Shown: positions 41,682 to 53,722, counted from the stretch's first letter. The stretch is 64,000 nt of DNA from Gemmatimonadota bacterium (GCA_035524965.1 DATLFH010000018.1:129010-193009); one strand, 5' to 3'. Notes: a model not told the origin generated them from the sequence alone. Program-made: numbers and translations.

Positions 41682-42469
41682 CGGCCGGCTCGGGGTGGAA
41701 CGGCGACGCGCTCGCGGCGCGGCTGGGGGTCCGGGTCGTCGTCCACGGCGCGATCGGCTCGACGATGGACGCGGCCGCATGCGATCCGGAACCTCCGCCC
41801 GCCGTCCATGTCGCCGAGCGCCAGCTCGCCGGACGCGGTCGGGCAGGCCGCCCGTGGGCGAGCCCTCCCGGCAACCTGTACGCCACGATCGCCTGGCCGG
41901 ATCCCGCCCGGGAGCTGCCGCCCGGCGTGCTGGCCGCAATCCAGGTCGCCTGGGCGGAGGCGATCGAGCTGGCCGGTGGGCCACGGGTGCGCTGCAAGTG
42001 GCCCAACGACGGGGTCCTGGCGGGGCGAAAATGGGCGGGTGTGATGGCCGTACGGGAGGGTGAAACCCTTCTGATCGGCCTGGGGGCCAACCTGGTCGCA
42101 CTACCGGACGATCCGACGATCGCCGCGGCTGCCCTCCGACCCCACTGGTGCGGATGGCCCGGCCGACACGAAGCGGGGGCGCTGCTGCTCGGTGCGGCTA
42201 CCGCGCTCCTGGAAGGCGGGGGCATGGCCGTGCGAGGGCATCTCTCGCGCTGGCCGGACCACGATCTCTGGCGCCCGGGCGTCCCGCTCGCGATCGAGTC
42301 CGCCGGCCGGCGCCGCGAGGGGCTCTACGCGGGGACGACATTGGAGGGGCTCCTCCGCCTCGAGACGGAGGATGGGTCGGAGACATTCGCGGGCGGCGAG
42401 GCGATCCGGATTCGCGCCCGCTCCCCTGACCCACTGCCCGCTCCCGACCCGGATCGCTCGCGCGGCTGA
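41678..42469 (+). CDS. birA: Biotin--[acetyl-CoA-carboxylase] ligase
   Basis: The ATG overlaps the nadC stop. It has the BPL catalytic motif [20 protein letters not shown]. No N-terminal HTH was found, so this is a group I BirA. Confidence 0.8.
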   Translation: MTAGSGWNGDALAARLGVRVVVHGAIGSTMDAAACDPEPPPAVHVAERQLAGRGRAGRPWASPPGNLYATIAWPDPARELPPGVLAAIQVAWAEAIELAGGPRVRCKWPNDGVLAGRKWAGVMAVREGETLLIGLGANLVALPDDPTIAAAALRPHWCGWPGRHEAGALLLGAATALLEGGGMAVRGHLSRWPDHDLWRPGVPLAIESAGRRREGLYAGTTLEGLLRLETEDGSETFAGGEAIRIRARSPDPLPAPDPDRSRG

Positions 42470-42490
42470 GCCGGCGATATCTTCGGACGC

Positions 42491-43285
42491 ATGCTGCTCG
42501 TCGCCGACATCGGCAATTCCTCGACCGTCCTCGGCCTGTGGGCGAGCGACGGCCGGATCGTCCGGCGCTGGCGGGTCCGGACCGACGGCCGCTGGACACC
42601 CGACGAGGCGGGCGTCCTTCTCCAGTCCCTTCTCGCCGGCGCGACTCTGGAGAGCCGGGCGTCTCCTCCCGTGTCCCTCTCCGGCGGCTGCTTCGCCTCC
42701 GTGGTGCCACCGGTCACGGGAACGCTCGTCGAAGCCGCGCGCCGCTACCTGGGCATCGCCGTCCGTCCGTTCCGCTACGCGGCCGAGCTCGGGATCCGGC
42801 TGGAAGTCGACGAGCCCGGCCAGGTCGGGGCCGACCGGGTCGCCAACACGCTGGCCGCCCACCTCGCCTATCCGGGCCCGGCGATCGTCGTCGACTTCGG
42901 CACCGCCACCAACTTCGACGTGGTGAGCGCGGACGGGGCCTTTCTGGGAGGCATCATCGCCCCCGGGTTGGAGAGCGGGTTCGAGCTCTTCGCGGGCAGG
43001 ACGGCCCTGCTGCCGCGGGTGGCGCCGGATTTTCCGGCCTCGTTCATCGGCCGGACGACGGTCACCAGCCTCCAGATCGGCGTCTACCGGGGCGCCACCG
43101 TCATGGTCGACGGCCTCGTCGCCGCACTCCGCGCGGAATGGGATCCCGGCGCCCGGGTGATCGCCACCGGCGGCCTCGCCCCCCTGCTCGCCCCACACTG
43201 CCGGACGGTCGAGATCCTCGATCCCGACTTGACTCTGAAGGGAGTTGGCTGGGGACACGACCGGCTCTATCCCCGCACCGTCTGA
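42491..43285 (+). CDS. coaX: Type III pantothenate kinase
   Basis: [17 protein letters not shown] and the ASKHA fold mark a CoaX. Confidence 0.9.
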   Translation: MLLVADIGNSSTVLGLWASDGRIVRRWRVRTDGRWTPDEAGVLLQSLLAGATLESRASPPVSLSGGCFASVVPPVTGTLVEAARRYLGIAVRPFRYAAELGIRLEVDEPGQVGADRVANTLAAHLAYPGPAIVVDFGTATNFDVVSADGAFLGGIIAPGLESGFELFAGRTALLPRVAPDFPASFIGRTTVTSLQIGVYRGATVMVDGLVAALRAEWDPGARVIATGGLAPLLAPHCRTVEILDPDLTLKGVGWGHDRLYPRTV

Positions 43286-43306
43286 GCGTAGCTCGTTTGA
43301 GCACCA

Positions 43307-43335
43307 TTGACGGTTGGCTTCCTCCAGAGTATGTT
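43307..43335 (+). promoter_or_regulatory. sigma70-type promoter of groESL (-35 TTGACG, 17-nt spacer, -10 TATGTT)
   Basis: The hexamers were read directly from the sequence, immediately upstream of the CIRCE operator. Confidence 0.5.
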
Positions 43336-43362
43336 TTAGCAGTCTCAAGCGACGAGTGCCAA
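43336..43362 (+). promoter_or_regulatory. CIRCE (HrcA operator) inverted repeat
   Basis: TTAGCAGTC-N9-GAGTGCCAA compared with the consensus TTAGCACTC-N9-GAGTGCTAA has one mismatch per half-site. It lies 85 nt upstream of groES. Confidence 0.75.
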
Positions 43363-43418
43363 GCGAGACGAAGCCAGGCGATTCGTCGCATACCGCACCG
43401 ACTCCGCAAAACAACTGA

Positions 43419-45404
<1,986 letters not shown>

Positions 45405-45446
45405 CCGACCTCTTCGGTTCCGCGAAGTGGGACGGCACCAGGGAAC

Positions 45447-45476
45447 GGGGGCTCGAATCGAGCCCCCGTTTGTTCT
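45447..45476 (+). terminator. Rho-independent terminator after groEL
   Basis: Stem GGGGGCTCG-aat-CGAGCCCCC is followed by GTTTGTTCT. Confidence 0.7.
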
Positions 45477-45512
45477 ACCAGCACTCGCGACTTTAAAGGC
45501 TCAGGGCCCTCG

Positions 45513-45989
45513 CTATCCGGTGATTTGGAGAGGATGAGGTTCGGTGACCAGATTCACCGAGTTTTCCAGTACGACATCGGTCTCTCCGTAGACCTTGTAC
45601 TCTCCGGGAGGAACCAGCACACCTTCGTTGCTGTGCATGTCCCATTCCACTACCCGAGTGATGGCTTCTCCCGCTCCCAGCGTTATGTAGGCCAGGGGCA
45701 AGGTGAAGACAAGATCGTGGAGTCTACGCCATACAACTTCGCCGTTCTTGCTGACCAGGACATCGAACCGAGGTTGAAAGGGGGCACACCGATTTCCATG
45801 GACTCCGAAGATGTGCTCTTCAGCGAAACGGCGAACGAGACGGTAGCGCCACTTTTCGCGCTCAGAGGGCCTTCGATGGACAATCGCAGTCCTTCGTGCT
45901 CGGCGTTGCTGACCAGAATCACACGACGCGACCTGCCCACCGACCACCATCGCGATCAGCCCCAAGAACCACAGTTTCTCCGTTGGCAT
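45513..45989 (-). CDS. Hypothetical lipoprotein/secreted protein (possible BsuPI-like beta-sandwich)
   Basis: The start is taken at MPTEKLWFLGLIAMVVGGQVASC (signal with Cys). Local GC is about 55%, against about 70% in the flanking DNA. It has a weak resemblance to the intracellular proteinase inhibitor fold. Confidence 0.4.
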   Translation of the reverse strand: MPTEKLWFLGLIAMVVGGQVASCDSGQQRRARRTAIVHRRPSEREKWRYRLVRRFAEEHIFGVHGNRCAPFQPRFDVLVSKNGEVVWRRLHDLVFTLPLAYITLGAGEAITRVVEWDMHSNEGVLVPPGEYKVYGETDVVLENSVNLVTEPHPLQITG

Positions 45990-46120
45990 ATCGTCCCTGC
46001 CGTCTAAAACTACGCGTCCTCTAACCTCATTAAACTCCGTGACACTTGACAAGTCCCCGGGACGGGAGACAGAATGAAAGCGCTCGCAGAGGCGTTTTCC
46101 GCGTCCAGGAGGTGCTTCCA

Positions 46121-46303
46121 ATGAACGATTCTTCGTGGCGTCGCAAGGGGTGGCTCTTTCCCGCGGTCTTCGTCGCGCTGTTCGGGATACAGTGTACGGA
46201 GGGGCAGATCCAGCAGTGCATCGCTTTCCTCCAGGCCATCGGCATCAGCGAGCAGACGAGCACGAACACCTGCGGGGGGGGAGCGGGCTTAGGCGAATTC
46301 TAA
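46121..46303 (+). CDS. Small secreted cysteine-containing peptide (60 aa), unknown function
   Basis: GGAGG lies 9 nt upstream of the ATG. The product is MNDSSWRRKGWLFPAVFVALFGIQCTEGQIQQCIAFLQAIGISEQTSTNTCGGGAGLGEF, with a signal-like N-terminus and 3 Cys. It sits in the low-GC pocket. Confidence 0.35.
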   Translation: MNDSSWRRKGWLFPAVFVALFGIQCTEGQIQQCIAFLQAIGISEQTSTNTCGGGAGLGEF

Positions 46304-46389
46304 AGACCGAAGGAGTGGCCCTCTGCCAGCGTCGCCCGAGCGCTGGAACGAATCCTGCGGCGGAGGTATATTACTGAGTCCGTTCTCGT

Positions 46390-46766
46390 GGGGGCGAAAC
46401 GGCTTCGACGGGGAGGGACGGGGTAGAAGCAGCAGGCCGTGCACCTCAGGTCCACACGTTAAACGGTCCTGGGAACGATAGCTGCGAACGACAACTTCGC
46501 GCTGGCTGCGTAAGGCAACTTCGTAGCCCGATCCGCTCCTCGCCGCCGCCCGTCGAGGGGGGATGGATCGTCACAGAAACGGGCTGGTCGCGGGCCGGGC
46601 CTCCTGGCCTCGCGACGAGACTCCGGCTTCGGTCGGGATGGGGGCTCGCTCGACGGCTAGCGTGCCGACGGTAGGCCGCTCGGGGACACGGATCAGCCGG
46701 CTAAGCCTGTAGCGGCTTCTGTCACGCCTTCTTCGGACGTGGGTTCAACTCCCACCGCCTCCACCA
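46390..46766 (+). ncRNA. ssrA: tmRNA (ssrA), tag peptide ANDNFALAA
   Basis: The 5' end is GGGGGCGAAACGGCTTCGACGGGG. The tag ORF is GCG AAC GAC AAC TTC GCG CTG GCT GCG TAA at 46484-46513. The 3' end is a tRNA-like GGGTTCAACTCCCACCGCCTCCACCA. Confidence 0.85.
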
Positions 46767-46775
46767 GAGCGAAAA

Positions 46776-46806
46776 GGCCCGGTTCCCGTTGGAGCCGGGC
46801 CTTTTT
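46776..46806 (+). terminator. Rho-independent terminator after ssrA
   Basis: GGCCCGGTTCCCGTTGGAGCCGGGCC is followed by TTTTT. Confidence 0.7.
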
Positions 46807-46820
46807 ATCGCCGTAACTCC

Positions 46821-48710
46821 ATGCAGCGTGAGACTCGATCCCGGACTTCGACCGTGTTTCCACGCAGGATTCTGACTGCGATCGTCCACCATCGCCGGAC
46901 GATCGCCCTGACGGCCTTCCTGGGCTTCGTTATCGGGGGCGTGGGCGCCTGGCAACGGCCGGAGGCGTTCGAGTCCCGCTTCACCGTTCGAGTCGAAGCC
47001 CCGGACGCGCTGTCCCGTCTTATCGCGGAGGTCCGGCATCGAGACGTCACCGTCGAGACCGACGCCGACCTCCTGCGGGTAACCTGCCTGGGAGCCAGCG
47101 CAGAGGAAGCGCACGATCGATGCGCGGCCGTCCTCGCTGACTATGTCCGCCGGGAAACACGCCCGCCCGCCGATGTACGAGACCGGATGCAGGCGATTCG
47201 GAACCGCCTGTCCCTGACGACCGACAGCTTGGAGGGGGTTCGCCGCGCGTCTCTCGCCGCGTTGACCGAACAGGAGGAGCTGGCGACATCCCGTGCGCAG
47301 AATCCTGTGCCACCGCCGGATGAGGCAACCAGTGCCGAGCGGGAGGCCTTGCAGGGCGATCTCGATCGCCTCACCGAGCTGTCTCTGGATCTCGCGCGGG
47401 GAAGGACCGATGCGGGATCGTATCGTGATCTGTACAACTATCCCGTCTCCCTGCGGACCGCGGAGATCGCCCGTCTCCTGATCGAGCTCGCACAGATCGA
47501 AGATCCGGCATCGGACCCCCGGGCGCTCGATGTCGAGCAGCGGCTGGCGGCGATCCTCGAGGGCTACGAGGACTCGCTCGAAAATCAGATCCGTGCCCTC
47601 GATCCATCCGCAGGGTCCCCGGGGTACTCTCCGGAGGGTGACATCGCCCGCCTGGATGTTGAAATCGCCCGGCTCCGGCGGGCCGGGGAGCGTTTGGAGG
47701 GGGGAGTCCGCCGGCTGGGACAGGAGCTCGACGACCTCCTGACTCCGACCAGCGAGACGGATTCGGCGTCGCCGATCGGGGCTCCCGGGATCTCGATCGT
47801 GGCTCGGCCGTCCCTACCATCCGCATCCGGCCGTTCCTACAAGGCTCTTCTCGTCCTCCTGGGTACGGTCCTGGGTTCCGCGCTCGGAATCGGCATGGCG
47901 CTCTACAAGGATCGCCCCGCTCCGGAACCTCCGAAACCGATCGCGGCACCTGCGACCACGCGCCTGCCTGTCCTGGGCGCAATCCCGCCTCTGCGCTATC
48001 CAGCCCCGGTCCTGTCGGTCCGACCACGGATCGTCCGAGGGCTCGTTCCTCGAAGGTCCCTCGAGGGGCGGGAGCAGCGGGCGCTCCTGGACGCGCTGGG
48101 GAAGCTGATCCCCGGCCTGGATCGAGGGACGATTGATTCCGAAACCGGCGGCGTGCGATCGATCGCGATCACCAGCGCGATGCGCGGGGAAGGGACGACC
48201 TTCACCGCCTGCAACCTGGCGCTCGTCAGCGCCGCCAGCGGAATCCGCACCCTGCTGATCGACTGCGATTTCGAGGAGCGCGGCGTCGGCGACTTCTTCA
48301 GGTTCCCCGCCTGGAGGTCCGGGTGGATCGACGTCCTCACGGAACACACGACGATCGAGGAGGCCCGGATCGAGTTCCTCGTCGAGGAAGGCGACACCCT
48401 GGACGTGCTGCCCGCCGGCAGCGCCGCCGGGCTCGTCACCGGCGGTCTTCCCTCCGCGGCCCTCGACGCGGCCCTCGAACGAGCGGAAGTCGATTACGAT
48501 CTCGTCATCGTCGACACGCCGCCCGAAGGATCGGCTGCAGGTGCGTCCACCGTGCCGCCGGCGATCGACACGACGATCCTCGTCCAGGGATCCCGGACGG
48601 CTGCACGTGACCGCGCCCTGCTCGACGGCCACGCAACCTCGCCGGGACGGATTCTGGGGGTCGTGCACAATAACCTGGATGCGGCCGGCAACCGGCCGCG
48701 GCCGGATTAG
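46821..48710 (+). CDS. Wzz/GumC chain-length-determinant + BY-kinase-like P-loop ATPase domain with degenerate Walker A (pseudo-kinase?)
   Basis: Two TM segments flank a Wzz-like periplasmic coiled-coil region. The C-terminal domain has SAMRGEGTT (no Lys), the Walker A' LLIDCDFEERG and the Walker B LVIVDTPP. There is no C-terminal Tyr cluster. Confidence 0.7.
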   Translation: MQRETRSRTSTVFPRRILTAIVHHRRTIALTAFLGFVIGGVGAWQRPEAFESRFTVRVEAPDALSRLIAEVRHRDVTVETDADLLRVTCLGASAEEAHDRCAAVLADYVRRETRPPADVRDRMQAIRNRLSLTTDSLEGVRRASLAALTEQEELATSRAQNPVPPPDEATSAEREALQGDLDRLTELSLDLARGRTDAGSYRDLYNYPVSLRTAEIARLLIELAQIEDPASDPRALDVEQRLAAILEGYEDSLENQIRALDPSAGSPGYSPEGDIARLDVEIARLRRAGERLEGGVRRLGQELDDLLTPTSETDSASPIGAPGISIVARPSLPSASGRSYKALLVLLGTVLGSALGIGMALYKDRPAPEPPKPIAAPATTRLPVLGAIPPLRYPAPVLSVRPRIVRGLVPRRSLEGREQRALLDALGKLIPGLDRGTIDSETGGVRSIAITSAMRGEGTTFTACNLALVSAASGIRTLLIDCDFEERGVGDFFRFPAWRSGWIDVLTEHTTIEEARIEFLVEEGDTLDVLPAGSAAGLVTGGLPSAALDAALERAEVDYDLVIVDTPPEGSAAGASTVPPAIDTTILVQGSRTAARDRALLDGHATSPGRILGVVHNNLDAAGNRPRPD

Positions 48711-48715
48711 GGCGG

Positions 48716-49906
48716 GTGGGCCCCGAAACGGCCCAGGTCGTCATCGTGGGCGGGGGGGTCGTCGGCGCCAGCGCCGCGTGGCACCTGACCCGTCTGGGCT
48801 GCCGCGACGTCCTCGTCCTCGAGCGGGGGAAACGGGCGGGGGAGGGAAGCACCGGCCGCGCGACGGGCGGCTTCCGCGCGCAGTTCGGGACCCCAGTCAA
48901 CGTCCGACTCTCGCTTCTCGCGCGGGAGAAGCTCCTCGCGTTCGAGGACGAGACCGGCGTCGACCCCGGCTATGAGCCCCACGGATACCTGTTCCTGGCC
49001 GGTGGGGAAGAGAGCCTGGACGCGCTACGCCGCGCGCTCGGAGTCCAGCGCGGCGCGGGGCTCCTCGACTCCCGCGAAGTCGATCGCCGCGAGATCGCGG
49101 CGCTCAATCCCGCGCTTCGTCTCGACGAGGTTATCGGCGCCACGTTCTGCCCGACCGACGGCTTCATCCGGCCGCTCGCGATCCTCCGCGGGTATCTCGA
49201 GGCGGCCGCGCGGTCGGGCGTGCGGATCCGTTACGGCGAGTCCTGCCGGAAGATCCGCGTGGAGCCGCGCGGCGACGGATCGCGAGCGCCGGCGCGCGTG
49301 ACGGGCGTCCGGACCGAGCGCGGCGACATCGCGACCCCGGCGGTCGTCGACGCGGCCGGCGCCTGGGCGGCCGAAGTCGCCTCGCTGGCGGGCGCAGCGC
49401 TGCCGGTCCGTCCCGAGCGCAGGCAGGTGGCCGCCACCGCTCCCTTCGACGGACTTCCGGCCGCGATGCCGATGACGATCTTCGCCGACGACGGCTTCCA
49501 CCTCCGCGTTCGGGACGGGCGGACGCTCCTCCTGTGGCCCCGCGAAAGCCGCTCGAGCGATCCGTTCGACACGCGTTTCGACCCGAAGTGGCTCGACGGG
49601 CTCATGGATCTCGCGGTTCGGCGCGTTCCCTGTCTCGCGCGCACCGCGATCGATCCCGGCGCGTGCCGGGCCGGCCTGTACGAGATGTCCCCCGACCGCC
49701 ATGCGATCCTCGGCGAATCGCCGGAAGTGAAGGGCCTCTACTACGCCTGCGGATCCTCCGGCCACGGCATCATGCACGCTCCAGCGCTCGGGCAACTCCT
49801 GGCCGAGATCGTGCTCGACGGAGAAGCCTCCAGCCTCGACGTCCGCGCGCTCCGCCCGTCCCGCTTCGACGAGGGCGATCCCAACCCCGAAGCCGGTCTT
49901 CTGTAG
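48716..49906 (+). CDS. FAD-dependent oxidoreductase (DAO family; glycine/sarcosine/D-amino-acid oxidase-like)
   Basis: It has the dinucleotide-binding motif VVIVGGGVVGASAAWHL and a DAO fold. Confidence 0.8.
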   Translation: MGPETAQVVIVGGGVVGASAAWHLTRLGCRDVLVLERGKRAGEGSTGRATGGFRAQFGTPVNVRLSLLAREKLLAFEDETGVDPGYEPHGYLFLAGGEESLDALRRALGVQRGAGLLDSREVDRREIAALNPALRLDEVIGATFCPTDGFIRPLAILRGYLEAAARSGVRIRYGESCRKIRVEPRGDGSRAPARVTGVRTERGDIATPAVVDAAGAWAAEVASLAGAALPVRPERRQVAATAPFDGLPAAMPMTIFADDGFHLRVRDGRTLLLWPRESRSSDPFDTRFDPKWLDGLMDLAVRRVPCLARTAIDPGACRAGLYEMSPDRHAILGESPEVKGLYYACGSSGHGIMHAPALGQLLAEIVLDGEASSLDVRALRPSRFDEGDPNPEAGLL

Positions 49907-49939
49907 TAGCGGGGTCCGGGCGGGCTATATTGACGGCCG

Positions 49940-50716
49940 ATGTACCCGATCCTCTTCCGCATCGGCGACTTCACCGTGACCTCGTACGGCGTCATGCTGG
50001 TCCTCGCCTTCGTGGGGGCGGGCCTGGTGGTGGCCGCCGAGTGGCGCCGGCGCGGCTGGGAGCCGGGCGCCGCCCAGGACATCGTCCTGGCGGCGATGGT
50101 GGGCGGCGTCGTGGGCTCGAAGCTCTACTGGGCGCTGGCCCACTGGAGCGATCTCGCCGCCGATCCGGTGGGCACTCTCTTCAGCCGGGGCGGCTTCACC
50201 TATTACGGCGGGCTGATCGGCGGGATCGTGACCGTGGTGGCGTGGCTCGCCTGGCGGAAGTACCCGCTCGCTAGGGCGGTCGATTCGTGCGCCCTGGCGG
50301 TGCCGGTCGGCTACATGCTGGGCCGGATCGGCTGCCTGCTGGTCGGGGACGACTACGGGTATCCGACCGATGTCCCGTGGGCGATGGCGTTCCCCGAGGG
50401 CAGCCCGCCCACGATCGATCCGGTCCATCCCACGCAGATCTACGAGATCCTGCTGACGCTACCGATTTTCCTCGTGATGTGGTCGCAGCGGAAGCGCCCG
50501 TTGCCGGACGGGTTCCTCTTTTTCGAGCTGCTGCTCCTGGCCGGCCTCGAGCGATTCGTCGTCGAGTTCTACCGCGTGAACGTCGAGGTCGCGCTCGGGC
50601 TCACGGCCGCGCAGTGGATCTCGCTCGCCCTCGCCGCGACCGGCCTGGCCGGCATCGCCTGGGTCTACCGCCGTCCCTCCGTCCGCAGCCCCCAATCCGT
50701 CACCGAGCGCGCCTGA
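49940..50716 (+). CDS. lgt: Prolipoprotein diacylglyceryl transferase
   Basis: The N-terminus MYPILFRIGDFTVTSYGVMLVLAF... and the Lgt signature (GRIGCLLVGDDYG) are present. Confidence 0.9.
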   Translation: MYPILFRIGDFTVTSYGVMLVLAFVGAGLVVAAEWRRRGWEPGAAQDIVLAAMVGGVVGSKLYWALAHWSDLAADPVGTLFSRGGFTYYGGLIGGIVTVVAWLAWRKYPLARAVDSCALAVPVGYMLGRIGCLLVGDDYGYPTDVPWAMAFPEGSPPTIDPVHPTQIYEILLTLPIFLVMWSQRKRPLPDGFLFFELLLLAGLERFVVEFYRVNVEVALGLTAAQWISLALAATGLAGIAWVYRRPSVRSPQSVTERA

Positions 50717-50948
50717 TCCCGTCGGGCCGGAAGCACGCTGCAGAATTCGTTCCTGGCTCCCCGCGAGACTCAGCCTGCAGACGTTCTCCCGGTTTGAGTG
50801 GTTGAGCCCCGGCGGACGGGCACGCCCGTGAGGAGCCGTTCCCGGGAACGAGCCGAGACCCCGCAGGGCGAAGCCCGAGGAGGCTCGGCGAAGTGGAGGG
50901 CCGGTGACGAACAAGTGTGCCCGTCCGCCAAACCGCGACCCTTTCACA

Positions 50949-51965
50949 TCAAAAGATCTGCAGGTTGATGTACTTCCGCGGGTTCTGCTGGATATCGTTC
51001 ACCAGCTCCTGCGCATCCACCACGAACTGGTTCAGCCGCTCGTAGAGCGCAGGGTCGTTGACCATCCGTGCGAACGTACCCTGGCCGGTCTGGAGCTCTT
51101 CGATCAGGGCCTCGCCCTCGTTCACGGTCCGCACGAGCTGCTCGTACAGCTCGCGGTCGCGGATCAGGGCTCCGAGCGAGCCTTCTCCTTGCCGGATCTC
51201 GGAAGTCAATGCCTGCAGGTCGGCCGTCGCGGCCACGAGCTCCTCGTAGAGCGCAGGATCGTTGAGGAGCGCCGGCAGGGCACCCTCGCCCGACTGGACT
51301 TCCTGCAGCAGGTTCGTACCGCGGTCCGAAAGGCGCAGCCATTCGTTGTACAGCTCAGGATCGTTGATCAGCTTGCCGAGCGTGCCCTGTCCCTCGTTGA
51401 TGCGGGCGATCAGCACGCGCGATCCTTCCAGCGACCCGACCAGCTCCTCCACCCCTTCGGCGGCGCGCGCGATCAGGCCCTCGTAGTCGATCGGGCGCTC
51501 GTTTAGAACGATATCCCCTTCCTGGAGAGTGGGATCCCGTGGATCGCCGACCTCGAGGTCGAGATACTTGTCTCCCAGAAGACCCACCGTGCCGATCTTG
51601 ACCCGCGACGAGCGCGTGACCTTGTCCTGGACGTCACGATCCACGCTGAACTTTACGAGTACCGCCCGGTCGCCGAGGGAATCGCCGTACGCGCTCTGAA
51701 AGCGGTTCGCGAGGCTGTCGCGGCTGGACTCGTCGATGAACCGAACATCATCCACCGCGCCCACCCCGACGCCGGCCAGCCGGACCGGCGCTCCCGAGGT
51801 CAGGCCCGACACGCTCGGCATCAGCGTGTAAAGCGGGTACTTGGCGGTAAAGACGCCGGTCCGGCCCCCCAGCGTGAAGACGGCCAGGATGAACACCAGC
51901 ATCGCCAGCACGACCAGGATGCCGACCTTCAGCTCGGACCAGGTCAAAAACGAGGACCGCTTCAT
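50949..51965 (-). CDS. mlaD: MCE-family protein MlaD
   Basis: It has an N-terminal TM segment and an MCE domain, followed by a C-terminal tandem NDPxLYexL coiled-coil repeat. Confidence 0.8.
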   Translation of the reverse strand: MKRSSFLTWSELKVGILVVLAMLVFILAVFTLGGRTGVFTAKYPLYTLMPSVSGLTSGAPVRLAGVGVGAVDDVRFIDESSRDSLANRFQSAYGDSLGDRAVLVKFSVDRDVQDKVTRSSRVKIGTVGLLGDKYLDLEVGDPRDPTLQEGDIVLNERPIDYEGLIARAAEGVEELVGSLEGSRVLIARINEGQGTLGKLINDPELYNEWLRLSDRGTNLLQEVQSGEGALPALLNDPALYEELVAATADLQALTSEIRQGEGSLGALIRDRELYEQLVRTVNEGEALIEELQTGQGTFARMVNDPALYERLNQFVVDAQELVNDIQQNPRKYINLQIF

Positions 51966-52816
51966 GCACCCTTCATCCGCGCATCGATGAACATGCGTAT
52001 GTAATCATCGTCGGTCTCCAGCACTTCCGGCCCGCTGCCCTCGAAGATGATCTTGCCTTCCTTGAGCATTGCGAAGCGGTCGCCGACCACGAGCGCCGAA
52101 CCGATGTCGTGGGTCACGACGACGCTGGCCACGTTCTGCTGATCCCGGAGCTTGTTGATGAGCTCGTTGATCGTCTCGGACGTGATCGGATCCAATCCGG
52201 TCGTGGGCTCGTCATAAAGCACGATCCTCGGGCTTCCCATGATCGCGCGTGCCAGGGCGACCCGCTTGCGCATCCCGCCCGACAACTCGGCCGGCATCAG
52301 GTTCGCGACCTCGGGTTCGAGGTTCACGAACGAGAGCTTCTCCTCGACCAGCCGCTCGATCTCATCGTCGTCGTGGCCACCCTCCTCACGGAGCCGGAAT
52401 CCCAGATTCTCGCCGACTGTCAACGAGTCGAAGAGCGCGCCACCCTGAAACACCATGCCGATATCGCGGCGAACTTCACCGAGGACTTCCTGATTGGCGT
52501 GGGTCACATCCACGCCATGGACGTAGACGCGACCCCCGTCGGGCTCGAGAAGGGCGAGAACGATCTTCAAGATGGTGCTCTTGCCCTGCCCGGAGCCGCC
52601 CATGACGACCAGAGTCTCGCCGCGGTCGACCTCGAGCCACACGCCGTCCAGCACGACCTTGTCCCCGAAGGCGAGATGAACGTCCTCGAGATCGATCATC
52701 CGGTTCTCGGGATCCGGCGCCCGGTCGCGTCCCTTCACCTGACGCGGATGCCATCGGGGATCGGGATGGAGGTCCGGGTGACCCTTGGGCTTCTTGTTTC
52801 GTCGGCTGCGGAACAT
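51962..52816 (-). CDS. mlaF: ABC transporter ATP-binding protein MlaF
   Basis: It has Walker A GGSGQGKST, the signature LSGGMRKRV and Walker B VLYDEP. The start may instead be the internal MIDLEDV at 52699. Confidence 0.85.
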   Translation of the reverse strand: MFRSRRNKKPKGHPDLHPDPRWHPRQVKGRDRAPDPENRMIDLEDVHLAFGDKVVLDGVWLEVDRGETLVVMGGSGQGKSTILKIVLALLEPDGGRVYVHGVDVTHANQEVLGEVRRDIGMVFQGGALFDSLTVGENLGFRLREEGGHDDDEIERLVEEKLSFVNLEPEVANLMPAELSGGMRKRVALARAIMGSPRIVLYDEPTTGLDPITSETINELINKLRDQQNVASVVVTHDIGSALVVGDRFAMLKEGKIIFEGSGPEVLETDDDYIRMFIDARMKGA

Positions 52817-52853
52817 TGAGCCTAAATGTATCCCCCTACCGCCCGATGGCGCC

Positions 52854-53678
52854 TCAGTGTCCGAAGACTTCGATGAAGAGCTTCGTGAGGAAGAAGTCGG
52901 AGGCCAGGATCAGCACCGAGGAGATCACGACCGCTTGCGTAGTCGAGCGTCCGACTCCCTCGGTCCCGCCCGTCGTCCGCAGGCCCAGATAGCAGGCGAC
53001 GGTCGTGATGATGAACCCGAATACGAGCGGTTTCGCGAGGCCGGTGAACAGATCGCTCATGAACAGCCCGCTCCAGACCGCGCTCCAGTACGTGGACGCT
53101 CCCTGGTTGAGGGTCAACCAGGCGATCAGTTGGCCGCCCACTATGGCGATGAAGTCGGTGGCGATCGTGAGAATGGGAAGCATGACGATCCCCGCAATGA
53201 CGCGCGGTTTGACAAGCTTCTTGATGGGGTCGGTGCCCATCGCTTCCAGTGCGTCGATCTGCTCGCCGACCCGCATCGAGCCGAGCTCGGCGGCGATCCC
53301 CGAGCCGACCCGACCGGCCACCATGAGCGCCGTGAGCACCGGCCCCAGCTCGCGGATCACCGACGCGCTTACCAGCTGACCGACGAACATGGAGGCCCCG
53401 AAGTCCTGAAGCTGGACCGAGGACTGGAGGGCCAGCACCATGCCGGTGAAGATCCCCGTCAGCATGACGATCACCAGCGACTGGACGCCGATCACGTCCA
53501 TCTGGACCCACACGTCCCGCCAGTAGAGGGGGGGGCGGACGAGGGCCGCGAAGGTCCGTCCGACGAGGATCGAGAGGTTCTGGATCTCCTCGAGCGCCGA
53601 CTTGACGGGCCGGGTGAGCGTGGCGGTCGTCATGGGTCCGCAACGTATCGGCGGATTGGACCGCCCCGCAAGAGCCAA
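52854..53678 (-). CDS. mlaE: ABC transporter permease MlaE
   Basis: It has the MlaE/YrbE multi-TM fold. The start may be the internal Met at about 53633. Confidence 0.85.
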   Translation of the reverse strand: MALAGRSNPPIRCGPMTTATLTRPVKSALEEIQNLSILVGRTFAALVRPPLYWRDVWVQMDVIGVQSLVIVMLTGIFTGMVLALQSSVQLQDFGASMFVGQLVSASVIRELGPVLTALMVAGRVGSGIAAELGSMRVGEQIDALEAMGTDPIKKLVKPRVIAGIVMLPILTIATDFIAIVGGQLIAWLTLNQGASTYWSAVWSGLFMSDLFTGLAKPLVFGFIITTVACYLGLRTTGGTEGVGRSTTQAVVISSVLILASDFFLTKLFIEVFGH

Positions 53679-53722
53679 GGGGGGTGGGAGCGACGCGACG
53701 CGGAGCCTACCTTTTGCCCGGC

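Noticed and set aside
46767-48710. Genomic island downstream of tmRNA 3' end
   Set aside because: The sequence after the ssrA terminator has chromosome-typical GC and encodes a Wzz-like protein, an oxidoreductase and lgt. No repeat of the ssrA 3' end or integrase was found in the window.
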